64,000 bases of DNA from a virus. The notes under the pieces were generated by a model. The model did no database searches and had not been told where the DNA came from. It saw only the letters and a program-made list of their open reading frames with translations. The stretch's first letter is position 1, and each line of letters opens with the position of its first letter. The stretch covers positions 1-64,000 of IMG/VR virus record IMGVR_UViG_3300021467_000006; one strand, written 5' to 3'. The position numbers and the translations under genes are program-made. This document shows positions 62,049 to 64,000 of this stretch, piece by piece.

Positions 62049-63851
62049 CTATAAGTCTTGGAATGTTATTCCTCCTGTATCTTTATAGTTTATCCCTGCT
62101 CCATCCATGAATGTCATATATCCAGCCTGAGATGGCGGAGCTGGTGTTGAGGCTAAAGCATACATCCTCTGCATATGCCACCTTCTCCCATCCCACCACA
62201 ATGCCTTCCTCTCGTCACATCCAATGTCAGGCGTGCCGAGGATTGGTTGCTTGTCTATGTCCAAGACTGTCTCGTGGAAGCCTGAGATGGTTGTGCCTGC
62301 GTTGATGCAGGGAGAGTTGTGAGAGAGTCTGAAACCAGATAGCAACGGGTCAGACTGGATATTACCATCTATAGTATCACCATTGCTATCGGACGTATTC
62401 CAGGTAGACACTGACATAGCAGTGCCACGGTAATAGATGACGTTAGCAATACCAGATTTATAAACACAATTATTCTCAAATGTGTTGTTCAGAATATCAG
62501 AAGCGTTATCAACTACGATGCCATAGTTATCAAGGCTATCTTTCGAGTCCAAACCACAGTTATAGACGATGTTGTTAGAGATAATGTTATCCTCTTTATT
62601 GTTAGCATCTGTTCTAAGCCTAATTCCAGCTTCATCACAGTTGAGAATGGTGTTATTGGCTATTTTATTATCATGGCAGACATTAGAACCATAACCCTGT
62701 AATTCAATGCCTTGGGCTGTACCGTAGCTATAGCAAGGCGAATTGCTAATTGTATCTATGAGATTATAAGCAAATATGTTATGATCGCCGTTGATTTGAT
62801 TTCTTACAGTAGTATTTAATATACAGTTTCTAACAATCTCGTTATACTGAGTTTTGGTATCCGGCCCGCTAACACTAAATCCCCGCATATAGGAAACATT
62901 TGCACCAATTATAACGTTGTCCGAGATAGTGTTGTACTTGACGCCGTTACCAGTAGAGGTAGCAGTAAGCCCAACACCGCAATGACCCCAATTGGAAATG
63001 GTGCAATTGGTTACGTTGCAATGTTCAGCACCTTGATAAAGTGTGATTCCATCGTTTAGGTTTATATCTTCGTGGTCATAAGTTCCGTTAAAGCCGGATG
63101 ATATAGTACAATTCACAATATCAATATAAGTAGATGAATCTGGAGTGGAGTCCTGTTGTATTTGCACGCCCTTGACAGCACCATAACCAATTGTACAATT
63201 CTCCACAATGGCATGATCTACATTGACTAAATATAGACAGGCAGAATACCCACCACGAAGTTCAATGTTCTTGATCTTGATGTATTGTCTGGCTTCCGCA
63301 TATAAGGCGTAACTAGATGAACTACCCTTCATTGACGAATATTCATCGGCCGGATTCTGGGTAGCGTAGACATATAAAGTACTTGAACCAGTATCGTAAT
63401 ACCATTTATAGGTAAAGTTGACTGTAGTGGAGGACGTAGCTAAAATTGCCTCATCACCATCTAAATACAGTCGTCCTGGACGAGGGCTATAGCTCATAGA
63501 CCAAATATTATTGCCATTATCTGTCCAATTAGAGGACTCATCCCAACCGGTAAGTTCATTTATTACATTGATAATAATTGTGTCGCCCTCTCTACCCTCA
63601 AGAGTAACATATCCGGTAGCATCACCTACATCATTACTGCGCCATACTACTTTATCGAATTCAGCAGTTCCTCCTGGAGTACTTGCTAAAACTCTAATCT
63701 TGTCGTTCGGCCCTAAGTCTTCTCCATCAAATGCTGCTTGTATGTCTGTATAGTCGCATCCACTAGAACATACAGTATAGGTAGTCGCCCACCCCACCAC
63801 GGGCAACAGCAAAAGCATTATCAAGGTTACGAGAAAAAACGCTTTCTTCAT
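62049..63851 (-). CDS. right-handed parallel beta-helix (pectin-lyase-like) protein with a signal peptide
   Basis: Repeated IxNCTI/NNTI coils; C-terminal DPLL..FRL...SPCINAG...PDIGCDE. Confidence 0.85.
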   Translation of the reverse strand: MKKAFFLVTLIMLLLLPVVGWATTYTVCSSGCDYTDIQAAFDGEDLGPNDKIRVLASTPGGTAEFDKVVWRSNDVGDATGYVTLEGREGDTIIINVINELTGWDESSNWTDNGNNIWSMSYSPRPGRLYLDGDEAILATSSTTVNFTYKWYYDTGSSTLYVYATQNPADEYSSMKGSSSSYALYAEARQYIKIKNIELRGGYSACLYLVNVDHAIVENCTIGYGAVKGVQIQQDSTPDSSTYIDIVNCTISSGFNGTYDHEDINLNDGITLYQGAEHCNVTNCTISNWGHCGVGLTATSTGNGVKYNTISDNVIIGANVSYMRGFSVSGPDTKTQYNEIVRNCILNTTVRNQINGDHNIFAYNLIDTISNSPCYSYGTAQGIELQGYGSNVCHDNKIANNTILNCDEAGIRLRTDANNKEDNIISNNIVYNCGLDSKDSLDNYGIVVDNASDILNNTFENNCVYKSGIANVIYYRGTAMSVSTWNTSDSNGDTIDGNIQSDPLLSGFRLSHNSPCINAGTTISGFHETVLDIDKQPILGTPDIGCDERKALWWDGRRWHMQRMYALASTPAPPSQAGYMTFMDGAGINYKDTGGITFQDL

Positions 63852-64000
63852 TTAAGCCTCCACCGAGCAAATTGTCAGCGAACAAATTGCTACGGATAAT
63901 AAACATCAAACACAATCGTAATGGTTGCCTTCTTCGAATCTCCCATCCCTGAGAGGGAAATTGTCATGCTATCCCAAACATGAGTCCAGTCCAGGTAGAT

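Noticed and set aside
8321-63753. Numerous antisense ORFs nested in long genes (e.g. 16512-17141, 19256-19750, 60005-60754)
   Set aside because: Shadow frames of real genes with biased codon usage; no RBS or motifs

Overview
The window is part of a large, AT-rich dsDNA bacteriophage genome that appears lytic: no integrase or repressor was seen, and no capsid, terminase or portal gene falls in the window. 1-1 kb is a non-coding, repeat-rich region that may be a genome end. 1-11 kb (+) holds many small early-type hypothetical genes and a radical SAM gene. 11-39 kb (+) holds an SNF2 helicase, a PPDK-like phosphotransferase next to a CX5R phosphatase, a primase-helicase, a plasmid-type primase/Rep with a candidate origin, a putative sliding clamp, a UDG-PolA fusion, a UvsY-like protein, a gp32-like SSB, a clamp loader, an intein-containing RecA and Mre11/Rad50. 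39.7-41.75 kb is a self-contained unit: a promoter, an array of structured RNAs (four covarying AAGG-N5-TRCAGCAA...CCTGT hairpins with tRNA-fragment-like inserts, plus a D-arm-reduced tRNA-Gly-like element), a DUF2828/TROVE-like vWA gene and a terminator. This unit is the best candidate for an undescribed system. 42-49.5 kb holds nucleotide/polyamine metabolism genes and small genes. 49.5-50.3 kb is a convergence zone with nested inverted repeats and a GC-rich ~220-nt structured element. 50.4-64 kb (-) holds lysis genes, small accessory genes, a second tRNA-Gly-like element and four large tail-fibre/depolymerase-like proteins that all begin with signal peptides. All family calls come from recognising motifs by eye; no database searches were run.
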